From contig JAEEPS010000008.1 in assembly GCA_016284875.1 (NCBI GenBank), forward strand, positions 581 through 64,580: DNA of 64,000 bases. The letters are read 5' to 3'. Origin of the DNA: Salinivirgaceae bacterium (GTDB lineage: Bacteria; Bacteroidota; Bacteroidia; Bacteroidales; SZUA-534). A program made the translations under genes and the position numbers. This document shows, piece by piece, positions 55,855-64,000 of this stretch; the first letter of the stretch is position 1, and each line of letters starts with the position of its first letter. Under the pieces are notes generated by a model that did not search any database, had not been told where the DNA came from, and saw only the letters and a program-made list of their open reading frames with translations.

Positions 55855-56418
55855 CTATTTTGTGCCTTTTTGTCCGATAATCTTGTCAGGATTTCGGTTC
55901 ACATAATCGGCCCACGATTTGCAACTTTTTGCGGTACTTGTCGGTACTTTCTGGTAAAAATGACACACTGCGGCAGCCAACCCGTCAGTGGCGTCAAGAT
56001 TCTTGGGCAGGTCAGTGAATCCTAGCATTTTTTGCAGAAAACCGGCCACTTGCTCTTTCGAGGCATCACCATTGCCAGTGATGGCCAGTTTTATTTTTCG
56101 CGGTGCATATTCGGTTATTGGTATTTGGCGCGATATGGCAGCAGCAATGGCCACGCCTTGTGCACGACCAAGTTTGAGCATCGACTGCACATTCTGCCCA
56201 AAAAACGGAGCCTCAATGGCACACTCGTCGGGCAGAAACTCGTCAATTAGCCATGTGGTGCGTTTGTGAATAATGGCCAACTTCTCGTAGGGGTCAGTTA
56301 TCTTGTTGAGCATAATCACACCCATTGTTTCCATCTTGGGTTTGTTGCCGTCGGCTGAAATTACGCCGTAACCCATAATGTTTGTTCCCGGGTCGATGCC
56401 TAAAATTTTTCGTTCCAT
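55855..56418 (-). CDS. ruvC: Crossover junction endodeoxyribonuclease RuvC
   Basis: [20 protein letters not shown]..., [36 protein letters not shown]. Confidence 0.9.
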   Translation of the reverse strand: MERKILGIDPGTNIMGYGVISADGNKPKMETMGVIMLNKITDPYEKLAIIHKRTTWLIDEFLPDECAIEAPFFGQNVQSMLKLGRAQGVAIAAAISRQIPITEYAPRKIKLAITGNGDASKEQVAGFLQKMLGFTDLPKNLDATDGLAAAVCHFYQKVPTSTAKSCKSWADYVNRNPDKIIGQKGTK

Positions 56419-56629
56419 TACTTGCAATTTTGGTTTCAAAACCATTCTACAATTATAGCCTATTTCAACAAACTCTTGTTGTTGATTTTGGATTTTTCAA
56501 ATTCAGAAATAATGCTGTGCGCGATTTTGAAAAACAATTCTTCAAAACACAAAAAAATCAACTATTTTTGACTCTATATCGAATTTTCGATTGATATAAC
56601 ATCAGAAATAATTTAAAAACAATCGATTT

Positions 56630-58168
56630 ATGTTCACACAAGATAACGGGCTTTACATTGCCCACTGCGCCGACGGCCCAATCAGCATTGTCGGCAAGAT
56701 GGCCAACCGCCACGGACTCATTGCCGGAGCCACCGGAACAGGCAAAACCGTAACACTTCAGGTTCTGGCCGAAACTTTCTGTCAGGCGGGCGTGCCGTGT
56801 TTTATGGCCGATATGAAAGGCGACCTTTCGGGAATCTCGCAGACAGGCAAACTGTCGGGCTTTATTGAGAAACGCATTGCCGAATTCGGCTTGCAAACAC
56901 CTGAATTTCAGTCGTGCCCGGTAAGGTTTTACGATGTTTTTGGCGAGCGGGGACACCCCATGCGCAGCACAATCTCGCAGATGGGCCCCGATATGCTGGC
57001 GCGTCTGCTCGAACTAAACGAGACGCAGACAGGCATCCTTCACATTGTGTTCCGCATTGCTGACGACCGTCAGTTGCTGCTGATCGACTTGAAGGACCTC
57101 CGTTCGATGCTCGATTACGTGGCTAAGAACGCTTCTGAGTTCACCACGCAATATGGCACCATCACCTCACAAAGCATTGGAGCAATCCAACGTGCACTGT
57201 TAACACTTGAGAATCAGGGCGCTGACAAATTCTTTGGCGAGCCGGCCTTCGACATTCAAGATTTGCTGGCAACCGAAGGCGGTAAAGGTGTGATGAACGT
57301 TCTGGCTGCCGACAAACTCATGCTCCAGCCGAAAATGTACTCAACATTCCTGCTGTGGCTGATGAGCGAACTTTACGCCACTCTGCCCGAAGTTGGCGAT
57401 ATGCCGCTGCCCAAACTCGTCTTCTTCTTCGACGAGGCTCACATGCTTTTCGATGACACCTCGAAAGCAATGGTTGACAAGATTGAGCAGGTTGTCCGTT
57501 TGATACGAAGCAAAGGCGTTGGCATTTATTTCATTTCGCAAAGTCCGTCCGACATACCAGATTCTATTCTTGGCCAACTCGGCAACCGTGTGCAGCACGC
57601 CTTGCGCGCCTACACTCCAAAAGACAAGAAGGCTGTGAAAACTGCCGCCGAGTCGTTCCGCCCGAATCCGGCATTCAAGACCGAAGATGCTATTCAGAGC
57701 CTTGAAACCGGCGAGGCGCTGGTATCGTTCCTCGATGAGAAAGGCGCACCATCAGTAGTTCAGCGTGCACGTATTCTCTTTCCGCTCAGCCAGATAGGCG
57801 CTGTCACCGAATCGCAGCGTGAGCAGATAATCAAGCAATCGCGCATCTACGGCAAGTACGACAAGGCTTTCGACCGTGAGAGTGCGTTCGAGGTTCTATT
57901 GGCCCAAGCCGAAAAAGATAAAGCGGAAGCAGAGAAAGCCCAAAAGGAGGCTGAGGCCGCCAAGAAGAAGGCAACAACCGACAAGGCAGCGCCGAAATCG
58001 AAGAAAACAACAGGCACCGCAGGCAAGGTTCTTTCTACAATGGCAACCACCGCAACTCGCGAGATTACGCGCGGACTTGTAGGTACATCGGGCCGTGGCA
58101 AGAAATCGTCGTCAGGCGGACTGCTTGGCACGTTTGTGCGAGGCATCTTGGGAAATCTGATGAAATAA
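56630..58168 (+). CDS. HerA-like helicase domain protein (DUF853/YjgR-type ATPase)
   Basis: Walker A GATGTGKTV, Walker B LVFFFDEAH and a Lys/Ala-rich low-complexity C-terminal tail. Confidence 0.8.
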   Translation: MFTQDNGLYIAHCADGPISIVGKMANRHGLIAGATGTGKTVTLQVLAETFCQAGVPCFMADMKGDLSGISQTGKLSGFIEKRIAEFGLQTPEFQSCPVRFYDVFGERGHPMRSTISQMGPDMLARLLELNETQTGILHIVFRIADDRQLLLIDLKDLRSMLDYVAKNASEFTTQYGTITSQSIGAIQRALLTLENQGADKFFGEPAFDIQDLLATEGGKGVMNVLAADKLMLQPKMYSTFLLWLMSELYATLPEVGDMPLPKLVFFFDEAHMLFDDTSKAMVDKIEQVVRLIRSKGVGIYFISQSPSDIPDSILGQLGNRVQHALRAYTPKDKKAVKTAAESFRPNPAFKTEDAIQSLETGEALVSFLDEKGAPSVVQRARILFPLSQIGAVTESQREQIIKQSRIYGKYDKAFDRESAFEVLLAQAEKDKAEAEKAQKEAEAAKKKATTDKAAPKSKKTTGTAGKVLSTMATTATREITRGLVGTSGRGKKSSSGGLLGTFVRGILGNLMK

Positions 58169-58190
58169 CTTCAAACGATTATTCATACGA

Positions 58191-58226
58191 AAGGGCTGCC
58201 ATTTTTGACAGCCCTTCGTGTTTTAA
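58191..58226 (+). terminator. Probable terminator
   Basis: AAGGGCTG-ccatttttga-CAGCCCTT, then cgtgTTTT. Confidence 0.6.
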
Positions 58227-58261
58227 TTCGCATTTTTAGAGGAATGCTATGATTATAGAAA

Positions 58262-58963
58262 TCACTTATCCATTGCAAGCCGCAGACCGCAAATCTCGTT
58301 CATCGCGTTTGGTGCGTTTTTGCTGCGGTTCCAAACCCAGCAAGCCTGCGATGTGTCGGTGAAGCAGCCGCCGCGAATCACATATTGCAACGATTCGACG
58401 CCCTCGTAAGGGTCGGAGCACCATTCCCACACATTGCCGCTCATATCGTAGATTCCCAATTCGTTAGGCGCTTTGGTTGCCACCGGATGAGTGCGCGATT
58501 CTGAATTTTTTGAGTACCAGCCAACCTTGCCCACTGCATCACCGCCGCTGAACTTATAGCCGTTGCTTTTGCTGCCGCCACGCGCCGCATATTCCCACTC
58601 ATCCTCAGTCGGCATACGGAATTTCTGCCCAGTCAGTTGGTTCAGTTTCTCGATAAAAGCCTTGCAATCGTTCCAACTCACCGACTCAACAGGCTGTCCT
58701 TTGCCGCGACTGCGCAAACTCGATGGATTCTTGCCCATCACGGCTTTCCACAAATCGCCGGTCACCTCGGTTCGGCCAATCAGAAAACTACCGACTTCTG
58801 TCTCTTCGGTCTTTCCCGGCTCGCCCATTTGGTAGGTCCCGCCGTCCACACAAACCATTTCAAACTTAACGCCATTGGCCTCAAACTCACGAACCTCGCC
58901 GTTCTGCGACATTGCCAACTGTGCTGCCGACAATGCAAACAATGTGATAATCAATCGTTTCAT
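58262..58963 (-). CDS. Formylglycine-generating enzyme family (SUMF1/FGE-sulfatase domain) secreted protein
   Basis: FEMVCVDGGTYQMG, EVTGDLWKAVMG, PVESVSWNDCKAFIEKLN, PTEDEWEYAARGG, GNVWEWCSD, RGGCF. Confidence 0.8.
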   Translation of the reverse strand: MKRLIITLFALSAAQLAMSQNGEVREFEANGVKFEMVCVDGGTYQMGEPGKTEETEVGSFLIGRTEVTGDLWKAVMGKNPSSLRSRGKGQPVESVSWNDCKAFIEKLNQLTGQKFRMPTEDEWEYAARGGSKSNGYKFSGGDAVGKVGWYSKNSESRTHPVATKAPNELGIYDMSGNVWEWCSDPYEGVESLQYVIRGGCFTDTSQACWVWNRSKNAPNAMNEICGLRLAMDK

Positions 58964-59110
58964 AACGTATCGTTTTAGAGTTTCAAGATACGAATAAAAA
59001 TCGAGATTACCGACAAGGATTTTTAGATTTGAAAAAAGACGACGCGGATTAGGCTGATCCCCGCGAGTTTATTTCGCTAATAATCAATCAAATATCTTCT
59101 GGGCATCAAA

Positions 59111-59647
59111 TTACTTCGCCCCCATATATTCGCCAACCCATTTTGCGTCTTGCATATCTTTCAGAAGGCGGATAAGGTTGTCGCCGTAAATCACGTCGCT
59201 CAGGAACTCCATTCCGTATTGCGACAGAATCTGCATCTGGCCGCTGGTGGGCACTCCGTTTTCGCCGCCCCAACCTTGTTCTTTCGAGTTACCAAAAGGG
59301 TAGGTGGCGTAACGCAGTTTCCATAATTCTTTGAGAGTGAACTGCTCAATGCCGTTGGTCTCAAACATATCCACGCGGTCGGGATTGGCTTTCGATGCCT
59401 CGCCGCCGCCAAACTGTCGCAGAAAAGTCTCGTACTTGACAAACTGCACGGAGGGTTTGCCTTCATAAGGCTTGCAGTGGATTCCGTAGGTCACAACCTC
59501 AAGGCCAGCCGATGGCATCAGACTCACACAGAACGAATAGCGCGCCCGACGGAACGCATCGGGGTTATCGCTGCCTTTGGGGATAAGAATCTGCGCATTC
59601 GCCGAAAGGCCGATCATAACCATCAGTATAGCAACAAGTTTCTTCAT
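59111..59647 (-). CDS. Secreted hypothetical protein
   Basis: Signal peptide MKKLVAILMVMIGLSANAQ. The start lies 3 nt downstream of the upstream gene's stop, so it is probably co-transcribed. Confidence 0.5.
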   Translation of the reverse strand: MKKLVAILMVMIGLSANAQILIPKGSDNPDAFRRARYSFCVSLMPSAGLEVVTYGIHCKPYEGKPSVQFVKYETFLRQFGGGEASKANPDRVDMFETNGIEQFTLKELWKLRYATYPFGNSKEQGWGGENGVPTSGQMQILSQYGMEFLSDVIYGDNLIRLLKDMQDAKWVGEYMGAK

Positions 59648-59649
59648 TT

Positions 59650-60273
59650 TTAATCAATTAAAAACGACAATGCGGCAAGTGCAATCAAGATGCAGCCTGT
59701 GAGTGTCTTTTGGTGATGCTCGAAAATATGCCAGTTGAGTCGGCTCAAACCTTTGGTGCCGATGTAAACAAGAGTGAGCATAGTGCCCACAGTAGCAACA
59801 AGATAGATGGTCGACGTGACCAGAATTCCGCGCCAGCCGAACACGCCAGCAGGCAGAAAATAGACCTCGAGTTCGATGCAGGGCGAGAAGAACATCGCCA
59901 CAACCATTGAGCCGATGACCGCGCGTTTGGTGCGGCCGTGGCTTGCTTCGTCGAGATGGTCGTGATGGTGATGGCCGCGACCGACGAAATCGGCAACAAT
60001 GAAAACCACGCCCAAAACGGCCAGAATGGCGGGCGCTATCCAATGCGTCAGTTCGGCGTGGCTGCTCGAGAGTTGGAACCCCGCAAGGCCAATCAGAATG
60101 CCGATAATCACAGTGCTTGCAATGTGCGCGGCGCCAATCAGCGCGGTTGCGCGCAACGTTTCGTGCATTGTCCAACGCTCGCTCTTACCAACGGCCACAA
60201 TGGGCAGCCAATGGTTTGGAATGGCGGCATGGACAAGGCTCAACAGCAAACTACCCGATATTATCTGCCACAT
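59650..60273 (-). CDS. Membrane protein with a His-rich loop, putative metal-ion transporter
   Basis: Six predicted TM helices, HAAIPNHWLP in TM1 and a GRGHHHHDHLDEASHG loop. The family assignment is uncertain. Confidence 0.45.
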   Translation of the reverse strand: MWQIISGSLLLSLVHAAIPNHWLPIVAVGKSERWTMHETLRATALIGAAHIASTVIIGILIGLAGFQLSSSHAELTHWIAPAILAVLGVVFIVADFVGRGHHHHDHLDEASHGRTKRAVIGSMVVAMFFSPCIELEVYFLPAGVFGWRGILVTSTIYLVATVGTMLTLVYIGTKGLSRLNWHIFEHHQKTLTGCILIALAALSFLID

Positions 60274-60279
60274 TGATTA

Positions 60280-60987
60280 TCAGAGTTTTAAAAGAAAAAC
60301 AAAATCTTCGTCAGGTTCAAGTTCGATGGGTTGGCGGCCATTGATGAAGAGCCGCAAGTTATTCTTGCCCACATAGCGGATGTGCTCGCCCTCAACGTTG
60401 AGCATACAGCCTTCGCGCAAGCCCACAACAGTCGATTTCGGATTGGCAGCCAAATATTCCAGAATGCGCTCCTCGCGCGTCTCGCCTCCGTGGCCTTCAA
60501 TCTGCTTGTCGGTATAATGCGGATTGATTTGGAACGGCACCAGACCGAAGGTGTCGAAGCCCAGCGGGTCAACCACGGGCATATCGTTGGTTGTCTGCAT
60601 TGTGGGGCAGGCCACGTTGGCGCCCGCACTCCAGCCCACGTAAGGCGTTCCAGCCTTTACGCAACGGCGCACAGGCTCAATCAAGCCGTTCTGATGCAGG
60701 TGGCGCACCAGATTCCACGTGTTGCCGCCACCAACCACAATGGCGTCGGCAGTCTCGATGGCTTCCACCTGATTTTCAAACCGATGTATCGATTTAACAC
60801 TCAGGCCAAAATCGCGGAAACGGCGGTTGACCTTGGCCTCAAAATCGTCGAAACTGAACGTTACGGCGGCGTACGGAATGAAAACGATGTTCTGCCGCCC
60901 GCTCAAAAAGCGTGCAATCTCGTCTTTCGAATACTCCAGAAACGGCTCACCCGCCATTGTTGAATTGCTTATCAGAAGAAGATGCAT
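60280..60987 (-). CDS. pepE: Dipeptidase E (peptidase S51)
   Basis: MHLLLISNST..., IVVGGGNTWNLV, GWSAGANV, NPHY. Confidence 0.85.
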   Translation of the reverse strand: MHLLLISNSTMAGEPFLEYSKDEIARFLSGRQNIVFIPYAAVTFSFDDFEAKVNRRFRDFGLSVKSIHRFENQVEAIETADAIVVGGGNTWNLVRHLHQNGLIEPVRRCVKAGTPYVGWSAGANVACPTMQTTNDMPVVDPLGFDTFGLVPFQINPHYTDKQIEGHGGETREERILEYLAANPKSTVVGLREGCMLNVEGEHIRYVGKNNLRLFINGRQPIELEPDEDFVFLLKL

Positions 60988-61050
60988 ATCTTGATTTTTG
61001 ATTTTTGAATTTTGATTTATGATTTATTGATTGAATGTTTGAATGCAGAT

Positions 61051-62187
61051 TTAATTAATTGCCACTCGTTTTGCAATGTTTCCAACCTTAACAATATAAA
61101 CGCCTGTGCCATTGACGCGGATTTCTGTAGAGACGTCACAATGTGGCGTCTCTACAATCAGACGTCCCATTGCATCATAAACCCGGATTTCATCCGTTGC
61201 ATTCTCAACCACAATGTTTTTGCCGTAGGCATAGATGCTAACTGCATTGGCAGCGGATTCAGTGACGGGGGTAGCGTCTGCTTCTTGCCGACCACGTTCT
61301 ACGGTGAAAGGGTTCTTGTGTCCCCATAAAACACGACATCCACTATAGTTCCAATCAGGATCCCAAACATCAGGTTCTTTTTCAAATTCACAATAGATAG
61401 TCGCTGTACATTCAAAAAACGCTTGGAAGCCAATGAATGTAACCGAATTGGGGATGGAGACTGATGTCAGGCCGCAACAATTAAAGAACGCAAAGATGCC
61501 GATGCTTGTAACCGAATTGCCTATGGTGACTGATGTCAGGTTGTTGCAACCATCGAACGCAAAGTCACCAATACTTGTAACCGAATTGGGAATAACTACT
61601 TCTTTTTCATCACCGACGTATGCCGTGAGTTTTGTTTTCGTGGCATCAGAAAATATGAATCCATCTTCATCAGGGATTGCATTAACATTTAGTGCTTCCC
61701 ACGGACTACCTTCCGCACTGCCCGAATAAACTATGTTTTTTACGTTGCAAAAAGCACCTTTACCTATGCTCGTAACCGAATTGGGGATGGTAACTGATTT
61801 CAAGCCGCTGCAATAAGCAAACACACGTTCGCCGATGCTTATAACCGAATCGGGTATGATGACTGATGTCAGGCCTCTGCAACCTTCGAACGCAAAGTCA
61901 CCAATGCTTGTAACCGAATTGCCTATGGTGACTGATGTCAGGCCTTCGCAATATAAGAACGCACTTTCGCCAATGCTTGATACCGCATATTTTACACCAT
62001 CGAACTCTACTTCGGCAGGAATAACAATGTTGCCTTCGAGGTTATTGTCATAATATATTTTTCCAACTGAAACTTCGTGTTTTTCGGCATCGGTAATAGT
62101 GTACTTCAGGTTACCAATGGTAAAACCTTCGGCCCACGCCTGCCCAGCAAACGCAACAGCCGCAAAAAGTGTCATTAGTCTTTTCAT
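61051..62187 (-). CDS. BspA-type leucine-rich-repeat protein with T9SS C-terminal sorting domain
   Basis: Signal peptide MKRLMTLFAAVAFAGQAWA, LRR_5 units (IPNSVTSIGxxAFxxCxxLTSVTI) and a CTD VYDAMGRLI...GVYIVKVGNIAKRVAIN paralogous to the giant gene's CTD. Confidence 0.85.
   Translation of the reverse strand: MKRLMTLFAAVAFAGQAWAEGFTIGNLKYTITDAEKHEVSVGKIYYDNNLEGNIVIPAEVEFDGVKYAVSSIGESAFLYCEGLTSVTIGNSVTSIGDFAFEGCRGLTSVIIPDSVISIGERVFAYCSGLKSVTIPNSVTSIGKGAFCNVKNIVYSGSAEGSPWEALNVNAIPDEDGFIFSDATKTKLTAYVGDEKEVVIPNSVTSIGDFAFDGCNNLTSVTIGNSVTSIGIFAFFNCCGLTSVSIPNSVTFIGFQAFFECTATIYCEFEKEPDVWDPDWNYSGCRVLWGHKNPFTVERGRQEADATPVTESAANAVSIYAYGKNIVVENATDEIRVYDAMGRLIVETPHCDVSTEIRVNGTGVYIVKVGNIAKRVAIN
61127..61155. 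repeat. Hairpin element GTAGAGACGTCACAATGTGGCGTCTCTAC inside CTD coding sequence
   Basis: 9-bp arms GTAGAGACG/CGTCTCTAC. It is 26/29 identical to 20641-20669 and encodes VETPHCDVST on the minus strand. Confidence 0.85.
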
Positions 62188-62243
62188 AATAAATAATTGT
62201 TATTTTATTTCCAAAAATACAACTTTTAATTACTAACTCCTAA

Positions 62244-63074
62244 CTATTTCACTATCTCCATTTTGATGGTCACAGCCTCAAGCGGCCAATCACCCTGACC
62301 AGTTTTTACGGCGGCAATCTTGTCGATAACTTCCAATCCATCAACCACTTCGCCAAACACAGTATGCTGCCCGTCAAGGTAGGCGCAACCGCCCACCGAT
62401 TTGTACACGGCGCGGGCTTCGGGGCCGATTTTCACGTTGTAGTTGAACTCCGTGCCATTCAGTTCGCCCTCGGTGTAAGTAGTGCCCTGAACAATGAAAA
62501 ACTCAAACGGCGACGAGCGTTTCTCGGGGTTGTTCTCATACTCGCGCACCATCGACAGGGCGCCGCGCTTGTGGATGTTGCCCTCGCGGAACTCCGCAGG
62601 CAGCGTGTATTTGCCGATTTTCTCCTTCACCGCGCGCCGCTCGTAGCCGTCGGTGTCGCCGCCCTGAATCATAAAATTGTTGATGACGCGGTAGAACTCC
62701 GTGCCGTCGTAGTAGTGCTCCTTCACAAGGTGGATGAAGTTGGCGCGGTGCAACGGCGTGTTCTCGTAGAGTTCCACCACCATTGTGCCCTTCGAAGTGA
62801 TGATTTTCACGCGTTTCTCGGGATTCTCGCGGCCATATTTGGTGAGTTCGTCAACCACATTGTCCTCCGTCAAGCGGACTTTTTTGGGCTTGGCCGCCTT
62901 TTTGGTGCCTTTCGGCGATGCCGTCTTCGTTTTCGGTTTTTCGGTCTGCGCCGATGCCGTTTCCGCTTGCTGCTGTGGTTGGCCTTTCGGCGATGGCTGA
63001 CTTCCGCAAGCGCACAACACTGCGGCCAACACCGTGCTAATCAGCACCTTGGCGATATTTTTCCTCGTCTTCAT
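62244..63074 (-). CDS. Cyclophilin-type peptidyl-prolyl cis-trans isomerase, lipoprotein
   Basis: Lipobox LCACGS, a Lys/Pro-rich linker and the cyclophilin core FYRVINNFMIQGGD...HTVFGEV. Confidence 0.85.
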   Translation of the reverse strand: MKTRKNIAKVLISTVLAAVLCACGSQPSPKGQPQQQAETASAQTEKPKTKTASPKGTKKAAKPKKVRLTEDNVVDELTKYGRENPEKRVKIITSKGTMVVELYENTPLHRANFIHLVKEHYYDGTEFYRVINNFMIQGGDTDGYERRAVKEKIGKYTLPAEFREGNIHKRGALSMVREYENNPEKRSSPFEFFIVQGTTYTEGELNGTEFNYNVKIGPEARAVYKSVGGCAYLDGQHTVFGEVVDGLEVIDKIAAVKTGQGDWPLEAVTIKMEIVK

Positions 63075-63975
63075 CGTTCAGTAGGCTTAAATAACTGTTG
63101 TAGCGGCTTTGCGCGATGCGACCTTCGGCAACAGCCTGTTTCACAGCGCATTTCGGCTCGTGAGTATGCGTGCAGTTGTAGAATTGGCAGTTGGCCGACT
63201 CGGCGAACATTTCGGGGAAATAGTGCGCCATTTCGTCCTTCATTTCGATGGTACCAAAGCCCTTAATTCCAGGTGAATCAATAATATAGCCGCCATTGAG
63301 CAGCGGGTGCATTTCGGGGTAGGTGGTGGTGTGCGTTCCGCTGTCGTGCGAGTCGGAAATGGCCGACGTGCGCAGTTCAAGGTTGGGATTCAAACGGTTG
63401 GCGATGGTCGATTTGCCAACACCCGAATGGCCCGCCAGCAGCGATAGTTTGCCGCGCGTGAGTTCCTCAATGCGGTCGATGCCGATGTTTTGCACCGTCG
63501 ATGTCTTAACGCACTCATAACCAATCTTTTCGTAAACGGCAATCAGTTCTTCCATTTCGGTGGTCTGCTGCTCGTCGTATAAATCTATCTTATTGAAAAC
63601 CAAAATCGAAGGAATGTTGTAAGCCTCCGCCGACGCCAGAAAGCGGTCGATGAACTGCGTGAACGTGCGCGGACTCACGAGCGTCACCACCAGAATGGCT
63701 TGGTCGATGTTGGCCGCCATAATCTGCGCCTCCTTCGACAGGTTTATCGACTTGCGGATGATATAGTTTCGGCGGTCGTCAATGCTGTGTATCAAACCCT
63801 TACCCGTTTCGGCGTCAACGTCAAACTCCACCACGTCGCCCACCGCCACAGGATTGGTTGTGCGCAGCCCCTTGGTGCGGAACTTCCCGCGTATGCGGCA
63901 CTCCACCACGCTTCCGTCAGCCCTCCTGACCAGATACCAACTGCCTGTCGATTTTGTTACAACTCCTTTTTCCAC
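63037..63975 (-). CDS. rsgA: Ribosome small subunit-dependent GTPase A
   Basis: OB-fold N-terminus, circularly permuted GTPase (VFNKIDL ... GHSGVGKSTI) and a C-terminal zinc knuckle CxFxNCxHxxEPxCAV. Confidence 0.9.
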   Translation of the reverse strand: MEKGVVTKSTGSWYLVRRADGSVVECRIRGKFRTKGLRTTNPVAVGDVVEFDVDAETGKGLIHSIDDRRNYIIRKSINLSKEAQIMAANIDQAILVVTLVSPRTFTQFIDRFLASAEAYNIPSILVFNKIDLYDEQQTTEMEELIAVYEKIGYECVKTSTVQNIGIDRIEELTRGKLSLLAGHSGVGKSTIANRLNPNLELRTSAISDSHDSGTHTTTYPEMHPLLNGGYIIDSPGIKGFGTIEMKDEMAHYFPEMFAESANCQFYNCTHTHEPKCAVKQAVAEGRIAQSRYNSYLSLLNDEDEEKYRQGAD

Positions 63976-64000
63976 AATTCAATAATCAGATGGGCAAATA

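Noticed and set aside
56630-58168. HerA-like ATPase as part of a HerA-associated defence pair
   Set aside because: It is the DUF853/YjgR type, stands alone between ruvC and an FGE-family gene, has no adjacent SIR2, DUF4297 or nuclease partner, and has core-genome composition.
1-64000. CRISPR arrays, rRNA, tRNA, tmRNA or riboswitches
   Set aside because: Scanning the intergenic regions by eye revealed no regularly spaced direct repeats, no cloverleaf-like sequences and no recognisable riboswitch cores. Small or unfamiliar ncRNAs cannot be excluded without covariance-model searches (Infernal/tRNAscan-SE).

Overview
The window looks like a Bacteroidales chromosome segment. Supporting signs are TAnnTTTG -7 promoter boxes, T9SS C-terminal sorting domains, a CarboxypepD_reg-type TonB receptor and BspA-type LRR proteins. 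Most of it is about 50% G+C housekeeping sequence: nadB, cmk, ispH, rplU-rpmA, serS, leuS, asnS, ahcY, ruvC, rsgA, tatD, two S41 peptidases and others.

The outstanding region is an AT-rich, compositionally mosaic defence island of about 12.9 kb (about 27.2-40.06 kb) between serS and vsr/leuS. I found no integrase, transposase or tRNA in it. It holds two modules.

(1) A tightly coupled operon. It encodes a C5-cytosine methyltransferase, then a 757-aa protein with an N-terminal MORC/Hsp90-like GHKL ATPase, a coiled coil, a DHp-like His helix and a C-terminal histidine-kinase CA domain. Next comes a receiver (REC) domain fused to a helical domain carrying an RNNLAH (HEPN Rx4H) motif, followed by an HNH nuclease. 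I read this as a candidate, apparently unnamed, two-component defence system with Detocs-like logic, tied to DNA methylation.

(2) A LlaJI-like module: a second C5-MTase, a McrB-like AAA+ GTPase and a LlaJI/McrC-like PD-(D/E)xK nuclease. After it come an AlbA_2/HATPase_c_4 protein and a vsr of host-like G+C.

Other notable items:
- An AtaT/TacT-like GNAT toxin cassette sits between two copies of a promoter-bearing repeat.
- A 2166-aa T9SS LRR protein has an in-frame internal duplication with a 1.77-kb period.
- A GTAGrGACG...CGTCyCTAC hairpin family occurs inside and next to T9SS CTD coding sequence.
- A GH16 lipoprotein gene is split by an in-frame TAA.

I recognised no rRNA, tRNA, CRISPR array or transposase. 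All calls rest on motif reading by eye; no database search was possible.
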